From the NCBI GenBank assembly GCA_951406725.2, contig OX597816.1, forward strand, positions 149,978,001-150,042,000: 64,000 nt of DNA, written 5' to 3'. Of this stretch, positions 40,351-54,078 are shown piece by piece; positions within the stretch are counted from its first letter, which is position 1; each line of letters opens with the position of its first letter. This stretch comes from Octopus vulgaris. Its lineage: Eukaryota. Under the pieces are notes generated by a model, which was given only the letters and a program-made list of their open reading frames with translations, was not told the origin of the DNA and did not search any database. Both the position numbers and the translations under genes were made by a program.

Positions 40351-42859
40351 CATTCATCATCATTTTTATGCCTGCTCTGGCATAGGCTATATGTCTTGAC
40401 AGGATCTAACAGGTCACAAGGACACATCTGTTCCAGTGTCTCAGCTTTGGATAGCTCATATATATATATATATATATATATATAAATGCATGTAAATTAA
40501 TAAATGACAAAGTTAACACTTCATACTCTATGATATCTTGTACAACTGCGTTAATCTTCAGATGGAACATCTTGCAAGCTTGCAGGTTCCAACCAACCAA
40601 TAAAATCAACTACTATACACTGCTGTTAAACACACTGAATACTTTTTGATTCAAAGACACCATATCCTCATAACTAAGAGTACTTATTTAATACACACAC
40701 ACACACACAATTGACAAGATAAACTACAAAAAAATTTGTGTTACAGTCAAAACTCTGCAATTCACTCATCAGATACACTAACAACATGATAATTTTAAGA
40801 GAAAACAAATAATTACAACTAGGTATGCGAGATGGGGAGATAACTCAGGTAATCATCTGAGGGATTTATCTCCCTGTGTATGTGTATGCTAAGTTTATAT
40901 GCCTATCTGTGCACATACAGGTATGCCCACAAATTATATTTGCTTATGAAGTGACTTGATTTGAAAACCCGTGTTGTATCTGAAACAACTGCATTATAGT
41001 ATAGTCATAGGAGTCATTTAAAATACATGTAGTATATTTTCATCATAATAGGTAATACTGTTATAAAATAAAACAAAAGTGAATATAAACGGTATATAAG
41101 TTTTAAACGTCTACATTGATTATGATAACATTCATAATTTGCTAAACTCTAATATGGTATTATTATTTAGAATCAATTTCTTATAATGGTCTATGGTGTG
41201 TTATACATACTTATATACATACATATATATATATATTCTATGAAGGCAAGCCTCTCAGCATGCCTTTTTCGTCGTACTATTATCAAGTTTTAAATCTCAG
41301 CATTGTTTCATTTTGATGTAACAATGATCCTCTTGGTTCAGCAATAACAACCACAATTTCTCCTTTTCTCTCAGCCTCTCTCTCTATATAAAATAGCTGA
41401 GGGAACATGGAAGTTTTCAAACATCCAAACAAGAGGTTCATACCTGTTAAAAGCAGAGTGTCAAGTCCAGATATAACTCTCAAATGACTTAGTTCACTGA
41501 AATACAAATAAATTTAGTAGGGCAGAATTTAATTTAACATAAGACATAGTTAAACTTTCATGAACTAACAAAGGTGTCTAATTTCATCAACCATAGACAA
41601 AAGCAAGTTTAAAAGTACACATATAAGGGCACACAACCACATAGCTAAAGCATTGAACTACCTACTCATGGAACATGAATTCAAATACACTACAAGCCTT
41701 CCATTATGTTTCTGCACTTTATTCTAGATCGTCTCAGAAAAGAATTGACAAATTGTATCAGTCCACCTTACTATTGTATCAAGGATATGTTCTGATTACA
41801 TGTTATATGAACTTAAGTTAAAATCATAAAACAGGAACAACACAACCTGGCGTATATGTTCGTTGCTTATAAGGAGTTTTGCAGTGTGTATACATACATG
41901 TGAGCACTGTATAGAAAACAAGCTGAGCCTGCAACACACACACATATACATGTGTATTTGCACACACAAACAGACACACACATGTATGCATATATACACA
42001 CACAAATGTGCACACACACACACACACACACATGTATACACTCACACACACACATGCATACATGGACATATACATACAAATATACATGAAAACAGAGACA
42101 AACAGGATAACTGAAATAATGTATATTGATTTCTCACATTGTGACATAGAAATTTGCAGGAGTGTATTATAATTGATTTAAAAGGTTCTCCAAAATAACT
42201 GGTATTCCTTTATCAACCCTACCCCATGCCAATGGATGAGCAGCAAAGTTGAGCATTACAGGATTTGAATTGAGAATACACAGAAATACACCAACTAAAT
42301 GCAAGGCATTTAATCCAACACTCAGCTTTTTCAGCTACTCCAAATACACACAGTAAGCAAACTATTGGAATTTATTGACACAAACTTTTGCATACAAAGC
42401 AGCTTCCAAACAATACAAAACTTCTCAAGAGATAATGCTCTGCAAAAGAACTTTTAAAAACACTTAGCATCAACAATTACTAAAAACCTAAAAGAAAAAA
42501 ATATAATTGTTTGTTGGTTGGTTGGAAATAAACCAAAAGTGAGGAGAGGAGCAATAGCTAAAATAAATTAATAATCAAATAAACAAACATCAGCTAACAA
42601 GGGCACATAAACAGTAAAGGCAAACAAAATACATATATGCACATGATATGTGTGTGTGTGTGTGCGTGTGTGCAATAACTATTTTGTCATGCTAACATGG
42701 CTTAGGAGAAAACTGAGGCAGAAATTTTGACTAGATGCTCTTCCTTTCCCAACCCAAATAGGACTTTCTTTCAACAGGAATATATATATATAAGCTTGTA
42801 TGAATGTGCGCTGGTGTGTGTATACTCATATATTACATACACACATGGAAATTTAATCA

Positions 42860-43680
42860 AAGTAATGTGGTTGCCCTAGACATCAGCAAAGTTCTTGACA
42901 ATGTCTGGTATGCAATTCTATTTAAATGTCCCACCTAAGGGTGACATAAGCCTCCTATCAGTTAAACAGATTTCACCACTGTCAAGTGTTTTGATGAAAA
43001 TCTTTGTTTCACTTTCAATCAACTCTGGCTTGCCCCAGGGTTCAGTTTTATCCCCCACTCTTTTCCTTCCATACATCTATGACCTACTTGTCATCCAACA
43101 ACACCCACTCTTATGCAGAAGGTAAACCCTTTAATCATCCCTAACTTTTCCCAACTAAACATCATCTACACATAGCCAATCTGTACTGATCCCACAAAAG
43201 TAACCTCAAAAATATCCTCTATGGGTACATGCTAGTCTTGTTTTTTTTTCAATAGCAAAAAGACTCAAGCGCTATTTATATTAAATAAATACAATCACAC
43301 CACATTAAACATGAGCAGTACTCAAAGTGTTCACATTTGCTTCAAATGTTAGGCTTCACTATCACTGATAATCTCTCCTGGTGAAAGAACATACTAAACA
43401 TAACTAGACTGTATCCCAAAGATTAACGCTTCTTTTCAGGATCAGAAAATTTTTCATTGTTGCCCTACGAAGCTCATGTGAAACCCATAATGGAGCATTG
43501 CTTCCACATCTAGGATGCTACTGCTGCTACACATACAATCACCTCTAACACATCCAGAGAAAGGCCATTTAAGTGATTGGCATAATATCAGTCATGGACA
43601 TGCTCCAGCATCTGGCCACAGACACACTGTCTCTTCTCTGTTTTATTTCTGCAAGAACTATGTTTACCTCTGTTGGATGG
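42860..43680 (+). mobile_element. Degraded non-LTR (CR1/Jockey-group-like) RT fragment
   Basis: ORF 42895: INSGLPQGSVLSPTLFLPYIYDL, the RT motif GVPQGSVLSPxLF..INDL. Confidence 0.75.
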
Positions 43681-44384
43681 TCTTGAATATTGTGTGTGCA
43701 CATACATGCATACACAAGTGTATTTGGAAGTTTGCTTTGCAACAACATGGCTTTGAGTTCAGACTCAATGCTTGGCATCTTGGGCCAACTAATGCCTTCA
43801 AGTGAAATTAGTAGAAACCATAAGGAAGCCTATTTTGTGTATGTGTGTGTGTGTTTGTGTGTGTGTGCATGACTGTCTTTGATTCTAACATGCTAGGTCT
43901 GACAACACTCATAAAGCAGTGTCTGCATTCATGTCCTATAACTTAGCAGTGCAATAAATAGAAATAATTGAAATAATTAAGATATTAGAAACATAAGTAT
44001 CTTAATTGATATAGTTGATTAAAATCTTCATCAAGACAGTGCCCCAGTATGGACTCAGTCAAATGATTGACACAAATGAAAGAGATAAAAGAAACTATTT
44101 GTCTATATATTCAGAAGATCAAGTCAAAATGAGGTTTACAAGCTCACCTTTATAAGGACATACATATACACATTTATGCTATTCATATATACATATTCTC
44201 ATACATACACATATGTAGTATCCATATATACAATATAGTTGTATATACATGTATTTTCATACAAACACAAATACACTATTCATATATACCTATATATGTT
44301 TATGCAAATATATATTTGCTTATATACACTTGTACATTATTCATATATGTATATATGAATACTTATACATTCACACACACACAC

Positions 44385-44780
44385 ATCATCATCATAATTA
44401 TCATCATCATCGTTTAACGTTCACTTTCCATGCTAGCATGGGTTGGACGATTTGACTAAGGACTGGCAAATCAGATGGCTGCACCAGGCTCCAATTTGAT
44501 CTGGCAGAGTTTCTACAGCTGGATGCCCTTCCTAATGCCCACCACTCCAAGAGTGTAGTGGGTGCTTTTACGTGCAACCGGCATGAGGGCCAATCAGGCA
44601 GTACTGGCAATGGCCATGCTCAAATGGTGTTTTTTACGTGCCACCTGCACAGGAGCCAGTCCAGCGGCACTGGCAATGACCTTGCTCGAATGTTTTTTCA
44701 TGTGTCAGTAAGGCGACACTGGTAACGATCACGCTCAAATGGTGCTTTTTATGTGCCACCAGCACAGAAGCCAGTTTTAT
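44385..44780 (-). mobile_element. RTE 3'-end derivative with 65-nt units
   Basis: Near-colinear with 7742-8230. Confidence 0.8.
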
Positions 44781-45607
44781 ATATATATAGACACACACAC
44801 ACACACACACACATATATATTATAAGTATATATAAATATAAATAGCATTAAGTTTATTGAATTTTCTGTTTTGTTTTGCTTTCTGTGATTGTAGAATTAA
44901 TAATCATTTTGAAAATATGTAGTGAAGTAGCAGCAAACCACTAAAGCAATTTAAGTCAGATAGGAGCATGACAAATATAGAAAGAAAAATTATTGCAGTT
45001 TCCATGTCAAAGTTTTAAAATTGTGATTGTCATATGAAATTTTAATCTAAACTGGTTTACTATATATAACTAAGTACTATGAAAAGAATTTATCATAATT
45101 TAAATCTAAATTACTGAGATAACCTTAATTGTCATCCTAACTCACATATGAAGAAAATAAGTACTTTCCCATCTTCTCTGATTGCACTTTTTTGATTGTT
45201 GATGTCTGCATTTTAACTTAAACATAAGAAATATATAAAGCTGTAAAAAAGATAACCACAAATTGAGTATATAGAAAATTATAGTTTCTTAATCAATATT
45301 AGATATATTTTTTAAAATTCATATATAAAATAACCAATTTGTTACATTACTCAATGTATTCACTCTATGCTGTGACATACTCAGATGTTCTAACACTTCT
45401 GACTAGTTTTGCTGAAAAATCTCTGAAAAGAGATAGTCCTTAGATATTTACCTATTGAAAATAGTTGATAGACAGATTGATTGATATGTTTGGAAGGGCT
45501 GCTCTAAGTAAGTCAAGCACTAGCATACCGATGGCACTGTATTCTAAGGTCATAGTTGACATGCTTAAAGTTAAAATTAAGCACCAATTGATGCTGGTAA
45601 TTCTCAC

Positions 45608-45613
45608 CTGGGG
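45608..45613 (-). CDS. Cav1: Putative 6-nt Cav1 microexon CCCCAG in the IIIS3-S4 linker (adds Pro-Ser)
   Basis: Minus strand reads cttctttttcatcttcctttctttgtccaaccag|CCCCAG|gtgaga. Phase 2 to 2; it gives [16 protein letters not shown] and restores the six-residue linker. Confidence 0.65.
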
Positions 45614-48173
45614 CTGGTTGGACAAAGAAAGGAAGATGAAAAAGAAGTGATGATTTTTTTCTTCATAGATAAAGCAAAAGAAAAAGATAATTTACTAGGC
45701 CGAAACATTTATGGATTTTAACTACTTGTGTAACAATAGGAGCTGTAAGTACTTGAACTATCACTCACACAAACACACTTCTTTACTGCATCTGACATTA
45801 ACCAAATTAAGTACAAACTATATAAAATCATTTTCAGTTAGCAAGCTAATCAAATACATAGCTTTAGAAAGATTTAGTTACAACAATGTGAATTTTTTTC
45901 ATAAACCCATCTATCTGGATATTTGCTCATTGATGTGTAGCAATGATAGATAGGATATTTCTGTAAGCATGGACACAAAACACAGCAACCTGTAATCAGA
46001 TATATTGACATCAAATTGGAAAGAAACAGAGCAACAGTATATATAAAAAAAAACATGTATGAAATATTAAAATTCCCAAGGAATGAAATAATCATTTAAC
46101 ATTTTGCAGGGGTCAACAAGAAGCATACAAGTTGTGGCATTGTTTTCACAGAGTAGAGGACTGTTTCAATATAACTAGTTATAATATTGAGAAACATAAA
46201 TTGAATATTAAAAAAATATCTGGAAATAATATGAATATTGTTTCTCATCAAAAGTACATAAAAAATATGAGTTAATTATTTTGTAAATTTCCAGAGTATC
46301 TCTCTGTTTAGTAATGATGTTTTTTTAACTAGACTTTGATAAAACTAGTTTTTCTGGAACATTTTTCTTTCTTTCTTGTGTTTTAGATATTCATTTTGAA
46401 AATAATTACAAAAGTTCTATTTTGACTTTAATAAGAAAAGAAGGAAGCAGGAAAATTCAGAATATAACAAAAACATAAACAGATGCATATACATATACAT
46501 AGATATATATGGACAAATACTGACTTCTCACACTGATAATAGGTTTCAAGTTTGTTGGGATGAGAAAATGAAGTTGTGTAAAATTGTTGCCTTTCAGAAA
46601 AGCATAAACTGTCCAAGTAAGACAAAGTTTATCACCAGGCTCTCTGAGAAGTTTTGCTGTTCACCAGCTTTTTGAAATCATTGATTTCAGGGACACATAG
46701 ATTCCACAAGCCTGAAAGCAGTGAATTTTAAAGGTCAGTAAAAGTTTAGAGTTCAATAAAACTGAAAACAATTGATACACAGATGAACATCATCATCATC
46801 TGCATTTAATGTCCCTTATTTCATGCTGGTATGGATTGGATGGTTTGACTGGAACTAAGAGGCCAGAGAACAGTGCTAAGCTCAACTGTCTGCTTTGACA
46901 TAGTTTCTAGAGCTGGACACTCTTCCTATGCATGCATACATATTACATATATACCTAAAGAAAGATTTTCTTAAAAGTTATTAACTATGTGAGTGTGTGT
47001 GTAAGAATTGCTTTAATTATGTCAAAGCATAATTAAAAATGAGTTTATTCAACACATTACTACAGTAGAAGCTGTCTGGGTTTGGTGGGGGATTTTAAAT
47101 GGTGAACTACTAATTGGATTTAATGAGTAAGCTCCAGCATATCTTGTTTATAGTGCTATACTTATAATAGAAGTATTCATCATAATGGATGATGTGCAAA
47201 ATTAATGAATACATTTCCTTTGCCGTTAAAGGATACTTGTCAGTTTTAAGGCATGAAAGAGAGAAAATATAATTTCATTCTGTATAGGATGTTGGTCTAT
47301 TGCAGGTAGAATTCCCAGATGATTCTGCATTTATTTCTGAGATCAGAAGAATTAAGTCAGTGTAGAATTATGTTCTTTTCAGAAATACAACAAATCACCA
47401 GCAGCAGTTTTGAACTTGCGACCTTTCAGCAGTTAAGTCAGCACTTTATCCTCTCTGCCACTTTATCTCTGTAGTTGATATGAATTGAAGTTTATCTCAA
47501 CTTTTATAGTTGTAAAAGGTTTGAAAGCCAGACATTGCTTTCTCTCTCTCTTTTCTTGCTCCTTAACTAGGAATGGTAGTCTTTCATAGATTTTGATAAT
47601 GGGAAGATTTTTAACTTCCATCCACCAATCATGTTATCACCTAATTACAATAAGGTGTACTAGGGCATTGTGGGTCATAATACACCACTCATGATGGAAC
47701 TCAAACAGTATACCAGTTGGTTGTTAATGAACTAGCATGGAAATTGAAAGAATATTGAGTGCAAAGGAATACTACTGAGTGTAATATAGATAATCAATAA
47801 GGAAGATGTAGAGTATTATAAAGTAGCTCTAAAAGAATAGAGATGAAGTGTAAAGTAGACATATAGACAACTAGTTTTAAGAGTATGAAATTCAAAGGGA
47901 CACAAAGAAACACATTAACAATATAATTGCTGAAATGTAAAAAAAAAAGGATAAATTTTTAATCATGAAATAAATAAGTGGTACAAATGAACACACACAC
48001 ACAAACATGCACCTACATAAGTACATATATAAACACACATACACATTTACAAACACACACATACTTAGAAAATATAAATACACAAACCTATGTAATCAAT
48101 ATTCACCAAACACACACACAAAACTTATTCGGTCATAACCAATTGCTTAGTGAACAATTAAAGGTAAACTCAC

Positions 48174-48274
48174 TTGATGGATATAAGAGATACTCCAACA
48201 ACTAACAAGTCCAGCAAGTTGAAATAGCTTCGACAAAAGGAGCCTTTGTGAAGAACTAATCCATAACTAATGAG
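48174..48274 (-). CDS. Cav1: Cav1 exon: IIIS2-S3 ([33 protein letters not shown])
   Basis: 101 nt, ttacag acceptor, gtgagt donor, phase 0 to 2; read-through hits TGA immediately, which fixes the donor position. Confidence 0.95.
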
Positions 48275-49174
48275 CTGTAAGTAAAAATAAAGAAATTCTA
48301 TTAAAATTGATTATTCATATTTTCAATGAATCAAGATTATATACTGTTATTATCATTGCTACCATCAACTTATGTCCATTTTCCCAAGCTGCTATGGGTT
48401 GAATGAGCTGCTACATACCACCACTACCATCAGATGTCTGCTTATCAATCCTGGCATGGGTTGGACAGATCTCATAACATCTTGCCCTACAATCCCTTGT
48501 CATTTTTTTCTTATGTCGTTTTCTTTCTAATGTGTCTTCTATTTTTAAGTTAGTAAGTTTTAAGTAAAAAGGTTGCAGTTTAAGAGAGATTTGGTAGCTA
48601 TGTCTAGCAGATTAAATGACCATGTAGAGGTTCCCTAATGGGGTTTTTTTCTTTTAAAAAAAAGCTACTTTGTAAGAACCTTATTTGGATATCAACTTTT
48701 GTATTTTCAATCATCAAAAAGTCAAATTCTGTCACTACTCATACATTAAACCAAAAGACTTCCAACTGTCATCATCCTGTCTTTTTAAGAATATATGTTC
48801 TGACTTAATATCAAATGGCAGGGTGTGAACGTCAGAGAGATTTGACAGCTAGTTCTAGTAGGTTGAGCAACCACATAGAGGCTTCCCTCATTGGCTCACC
48901 TGTCAAAGAAATATTTATCTTATGAATACAATATGATGTCTATGATATTGATGAAGAAACACAAATACATGGATATGTGCATAGAGATACAGAGCTGTAA
49001 AACAACAGACTCATTGAAGACAGGATAGTATTAATAACTATCATTTTTGCTACTGAAAAGCTATGTTTAAAAGCACAATTACTTCACTATTTTTTACTAT
49101 TCTTTAGAACAACCTCTTAGAAAATATATATGTACAAAATTTTAAATATCAAGTTAATTGGCAGTAAAACTTAC

Positions 49175-49234
49175 CTTGATGATGATTTCAATAGTAAATA
49201 CACTCGTAAAAATATAGTCAAAATAATTTAATAT
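49175..49234 (-). CDS. Cav1: Cav1 exon: IIIS2 (ILNYFDYIFTSVFTIEIIIK)
   Basis: 60 nt, ttacag acceptor, gtaagt donor, phase 0 to 0. Confidence 0.96.
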
Positions 49235-50558
49235 CTGTAAGAAAATTGAAATAATATAATTGAGTATAGGAAGGAGAAAGAAATGTATTGTGCTTGAAAG
49301 ATGATAATTTGTCAAAATATAGCTCATCTTACTGTATTTCAATATATTTTGAAATGTACTTTTTTAGCATCATTTTTTATTAAAAAACTTTATATATAAA
49401 ATTATAAACATTGACTACATGAAATTAACCTAACCATCAGTTGATTTCACATTCTGCAACTTCAAAGTAACTTCAGTATACTTAGGACTTGTTACATTCA
49501 TTGAATTCATTGTAAAAATTGTTACAAAAACAAAACGAAACAAGATAAATAGATAAATGAAAACATAGTTGGTTTATGAAACTGATATTGAACTCAGAAT
49601 TCCATCTAAAAATGGTGACTGGTAATGAATTTCATATTAGATTTTAGCAGGTATCACTGAAGTTTCTATCTTCATGTCTTCAAAGCATACCCACAGTGGA
49701 ATTTGAACTAAGTACTTTAAAACTTAAAAGCCAACTGGAAAATTCCAAACGTTCAGTACTGCTTGACGTCAGTATGTTGTTTCCATCTTGTGATATCTAT
49801 TTATAGACATGGATAAAATGACTTAACCATGGATACAATGAACTGTTAGATACAGTTTATGCTCCACTAAGACTTCAGATGGTAGCCTGTAATTCAACTA
49901 TCTGCAACTCTCCTGTCAAAATATATCTGAACAGGTGTTTTTGTTGAGTAGCACTGATTGTATAAAGTAGTTCCGACTGAATAAGAATTCTATGGCATAG
50001 AGCTAAATAAAAACTTAGTCAAATATACATTCAACATACTGAGCATGGGATGCTACTTTTAGAGCACTTATCAGTATGGCAAGTACAACAGCAAAAGTGG
50101 TAAGCTGCAAACAAAATAAGCCTATGACCCAGGTCTAATATTTTTGTTGTAGTTATTTGACTTATTTTCTTAATGCCCTCAAAAAATGTATAGATATTAT
50201 ATTACAATTTCCATTCTCCAATCTCTTGAAATCAATATAGCTGAATGCATACACTCAGTTGTAAACATACAAGTAAAATACACTCAAACTGTTTATTCTA
50301 CTATAGTGTGTGATATTTTTTGTATAATACTGATATTTTAAACCAGGAGGGATGGAAAAGCAAATAAACAATGGGCAGAACTTCAGTTGAGAAACACAAA
50401 CCAGAAGCTTCATATTAACATATTCAATTTTTGCACCTTACTATTCTTCAAAGTTGTCGTTCTGTATTTCAACATCCTTTCACTAGAGCATATCATACTA
50501 ATGAGATTACACTGCAAACAGTAAATATAGTCTTTTTTACTATTGAATTCCTGTATTT

Positions 50559-51150
50559 TTACCTCTGCCAAGGAGGGAGGTTATGTTTTCATCAGTGTTG
50601 GTTTGTCCGTCTGTGTGCAAATTAACACAAAAAAGTTGTGAACCGTATTTGATGAAACTTGCAGGAAAAGTTGGTAATGACACAAGGAACAGATGATGAA
50701 ATTTTGGTAGTGATCTGGGAATTTTTATGAAGGATTTTTCATTTGTTATATTTACTTTACATGAAGTATTACCATGTTAGTTCTTTGATTATCTCCCTTG
50801 AAAACACGTTCATCGTTTCCACATAACCTATGGTGGCGTTGCTGTTTCCAAAGTTTATTTTCGTTTCTCTATTAGTAATTTTACTTGTGTATCTATCTTA
50901 AAATGAGCTGCTTGGCAGAGGTCTGTGGAGCTTGCTGTTGTCATTGATGTAATATAGCTGCTTCAGATGATTCCTGTTTTTAAAGTTTTTTTTTTTATAA
51001 ATCATATGGCTATGTTTTTTTTACTCCTGCCAAGGAAGTTATGTTTTTGCCGGCATTGGTTTGGGAAATAGGGCAATTTTCAGCATGCATGTATATGGGT
51101 GGAAATGAGCTACTTGGCGAAGGTCTGCGCTCTTAAGTACTTTTCTAGTT
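50559..51150 (+). mobile_element. Two Helentron/HINE-like non-autonomous elements (about 50559-50940 and a 130-bp deleted copy at 51021-51150)
   Basis: Subterminal inverted repeat ACCTCTGCCAAG (50561) / CTTGGCAGAGGT (50911); both copies start acc/ctc..gccaagg..gttatgtttt, and the second ends ggtctgcgctct..agtacttttCTAGtt, inserted in T-runs. Confidence 0.65.
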
Positions 51151-51377
51151 TTACTAACTGTAGTATGTGTGAAACTAATATCACTCAAAACACACACCTC
51201 ACAAATATAGAAGGGTTTCAATAGATAGATGAACATGTGTTTTTATCAATAGCAGTCATCATCTGCTTAGATTATTTTGGTTTTTATGATGAAGGGATAT
51301 TAGCAAACTAAAAACTATGGTCTACCTTTTGATTATATTCAATTTATTGTCATTATATATCTTTTACTAGTAGGTAG

Positions 51378-51670
51378 TTTGACTGAGAACTGGCAGGGTG
51401 AGAGGCTGCACCAGGCTCCAATCTGATCTGGCAAGGTTTCTACAGATGGATGCCCTTCCTAAGACCAACCAACACTTTGAGAGTGTAGTGGGGTCTTTTT
51501 ACATGCCACCGGCACAGGTGCCAGTCAGGTGGCACTGGCATCGGCCATACTTGAATGGTACTTTTTACATGCCACCAGCACGGGTGCCAGTCAGGCAGCA
51601 CTGGCATCAGTCATACTTGAATGGTGCTTTTTACGTGCCACCAGTATGGGTGCTTGTCAGGTGGCATTGG
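51378..51670 (-). mobile_element. RTE 3'-end derivative with three 65-nt units
   Basis: Same body (gctgcaccaggctccaatctgatctggca...gatgcccttcctaa) and units as 7742-8230. Confidence 0.75.
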
Positions 51671-53089
51671 TAAAAAAGAATATTGAAAAGTGTAAAAAAA
51701 ATATAGTAAGAATGATATAGATGACTTGCATTTTAATTTTGCAACAGAAACAAACACATAACTAATGCAATTATCTTACTTCAAGTAAAGACAATACTAG
51801 CACTGATTCTGACCAATAGAACGTGTGAGTAAAAATTGGTTTAATATTCAGTACACAAATCCATATATCTGAAAGGGGAATGGATTCTGTGATGTTCATG
51901 ACTATTTCAAGGAAATTTTTTTAGCTAAACTAAGTAAATTAATTTTCAACAGGAATTGAAATTAGAACATATATTCAATTCACTACCAATTTATTTCTTG
52001 CTATACAACACTCACTACAATGAGAATAAAATAGTCTAAGAATCCTAACATATCAACAGCCTCTCAATCCATGTGGAATGAATTAATATGATAATATTGG
52101 ATCCTTTAGATAAAAAAAAAATGCTAATTTGCTCAATGATACAGAGTTTTTTCACTAGAAAAATATGTAAATCAGCATAGCCATTCAAGATCCTTTCATC
52201 AAAGAAATATGTTAATTATCATGACAATGCAGGATGCTTCAATCAAGCAAATATGCTAAAATCAATCATCTAATTTAAAATCAAAAATTTCCTTTAAAAT
52301 CAATATGATCCAAGTCTGTTAAGAATAGGAACTAGAAAATTTCAGAATAATTTTTTTGTAATACAGTCTAATTTCAGTCATGAAAATGAGTTAACAACAA
52401 TAGTAATAATCCTCATTATACAATAATACATCTAGTTAGCATATATGAACTAAACTGTTGCTGCTAGTGATAGTGGTGGCTATTGTTGTCATTATCACCA
52501 TGAAATTAGCATAATTGTTCAAGAATATACACCAGATCTCTAAACCTCTTGGATTAAAATTTAAACAAGCACATACATAATCAGTAACATAGTTTTACCA
52601 ATTTAAATGCTTCAAAACAAGATTTTCAGTCAAAGTGAAAACCTCCTAAGCTGTATGTTAACTAGTGAAGTAACAAGGAAACTATGTCTCAAACATGGAG
52701 CACCACAGAAAAAGGGATCATGATTGAAACAAATGTGAACAGCTTCAAAATTCTAAAGATGACCGATCTTGTGATGTCAAGAACATTTAGATGTATGAGC
52801 CTTCATCAAAAGAACTATGGATAGGTTTCTCGTAACTTTTGCTCTACATATCACACAGCATTCTGAATTCTTTTTGAATAAAGAGGAAACAATTCCTAGT
52901 GAATAAAATTTTAGCTATAGTAGCAATCATATGTCCAAGTGAAAATTGTAATATAGCAGATAACTCTGTGTGACCAAGAAGGATATTCCAAATTCATGCC
53001 TAAACCATAAATATCTGTTCTACCTGAGAATTTCCTACCTTATATAAGTGTTGTTTGAAATACAAGAAATAAATGGTACAAATACTTAC

Positions 53090-53219
53090 TTTACTTCTCT
53101 CAGCAGATTGATCAAGTGGGTCTTCAGCAGCTAACATAGCACTACTGATGAGGATGCAGGCCAAAACAAAGTTTCCAAAATAGTTGTGATTGCAGACAAA
53201 ATGGCAAAAAACTCGGAAT
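53090..53219 (-). CDS. Cav1: Cav1 exon: IIIS1 ([43 protein letters not shown])
   Basis: 130 nt, aatag acceptor, gtaagt donor; LAAEDP motif. Confidence 0.96.
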
Positions 53220-53604
53220 CTATTTAAATAGAAAGAATCATTTGGTTAATTATAAAATTAAGGTGTAATCCTGTAAATTTTCATTCACAAGCCTCTGGTC
53301 CATAACACTTTTCTGTCACTTTGGATCCACACACTTAGCTAACATCCCAATGCACTCTTTTACTGATACGGTCATGCCTGCACTTATACTTTTTCTGAAC
53401 TAGCTTATTGCATCCACTTAAGAAATGGTTGATACTTTTGTTTCCTTCTCCACAGATTGTTCATTTGCTCTTAGACTAAGTTTTATCAGTCTTTGCAGTT
53501 ACCAAGTTCATTCTAATGGCTTGTCCTAAGTGGCTGTAATTAGTGATGTAAGTTCTTACTACTCCTCCTCCTACTACTGGTGGCAGTAATAGTAGTAGTA
53601 TTGT

Positions 53605-54025
53605 GTCAAGCTGGCAGAATAAACTGTCAGTAAAAGTGCTGTGTGGCTCTTTACATTCCGAGTTCAAATCCTGCTGGAGTCAACTTTGTCTTTTATCCTT
53701 CCAGGGTCAAAAAAATAAAGTACCAATTGGGTACTGGGGTTGATGGTATTGGCTAACTGTCTTGAAACTGCTGACCTAGTGCCTAAATTATAAACAATAA
53801 TTATCATTAAAAGGTGATAGATCAGCAGAATTGTTAGTGTTGGACAAAATGCTTTGCGGTATTTATTAATGGCTCTCTAAGTTCTGAGTTTAAATTCTGT
53901 CAAGATTAACTGTACCTTTCATCCCTCTGGGGTTGATAAAATATAGAGCTAAACTGGGTTGATTTAATGAACTATCTCCTTCCTCTTGATAAGTGCGAGA
54001 CATGTGCCTAAATAAGAAACAATTA
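53605..54025 (+). mobile_element. Two tandem degraded tRNA-derived SINEs
   Basis: Two heads (gagttcaaatcc, gagtttaaattc), each followed by the ctttcatcc...ggg.tgataaa core. Confidence 0.65.
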
Positions 54026-54078
54026 TCGTAGAGTATTAAATAAAATGTATAGTTCTATGTTTAAGAGTGGAAGAATTA

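Noticed and set aside
40835-40874. Imperfect hairpin gggagataa-ctcag...ctgag-ggat-ttatctccc
   Set aside because: Short and bulged; more likely a transposon-end remnant than a functional RNA.
37840-45460. AG|GT junctions on the minus strand near 37846, 38804, 44147 and 45451 as recursive splice sites
   Set aside because: Expected by chance in 30 kb of AT-rich sequence; cannot be supported without nascent RNA data.
50431-50625. Plus-strand ORF containing LQTVNIVFFTIEFLY, superficially like a duplicated S2 exon near the real IIIS2 exon
   Set aside because: Wrong strand for the gene, no 60-nt splice frame, and it runs into a repeat; coincidence.
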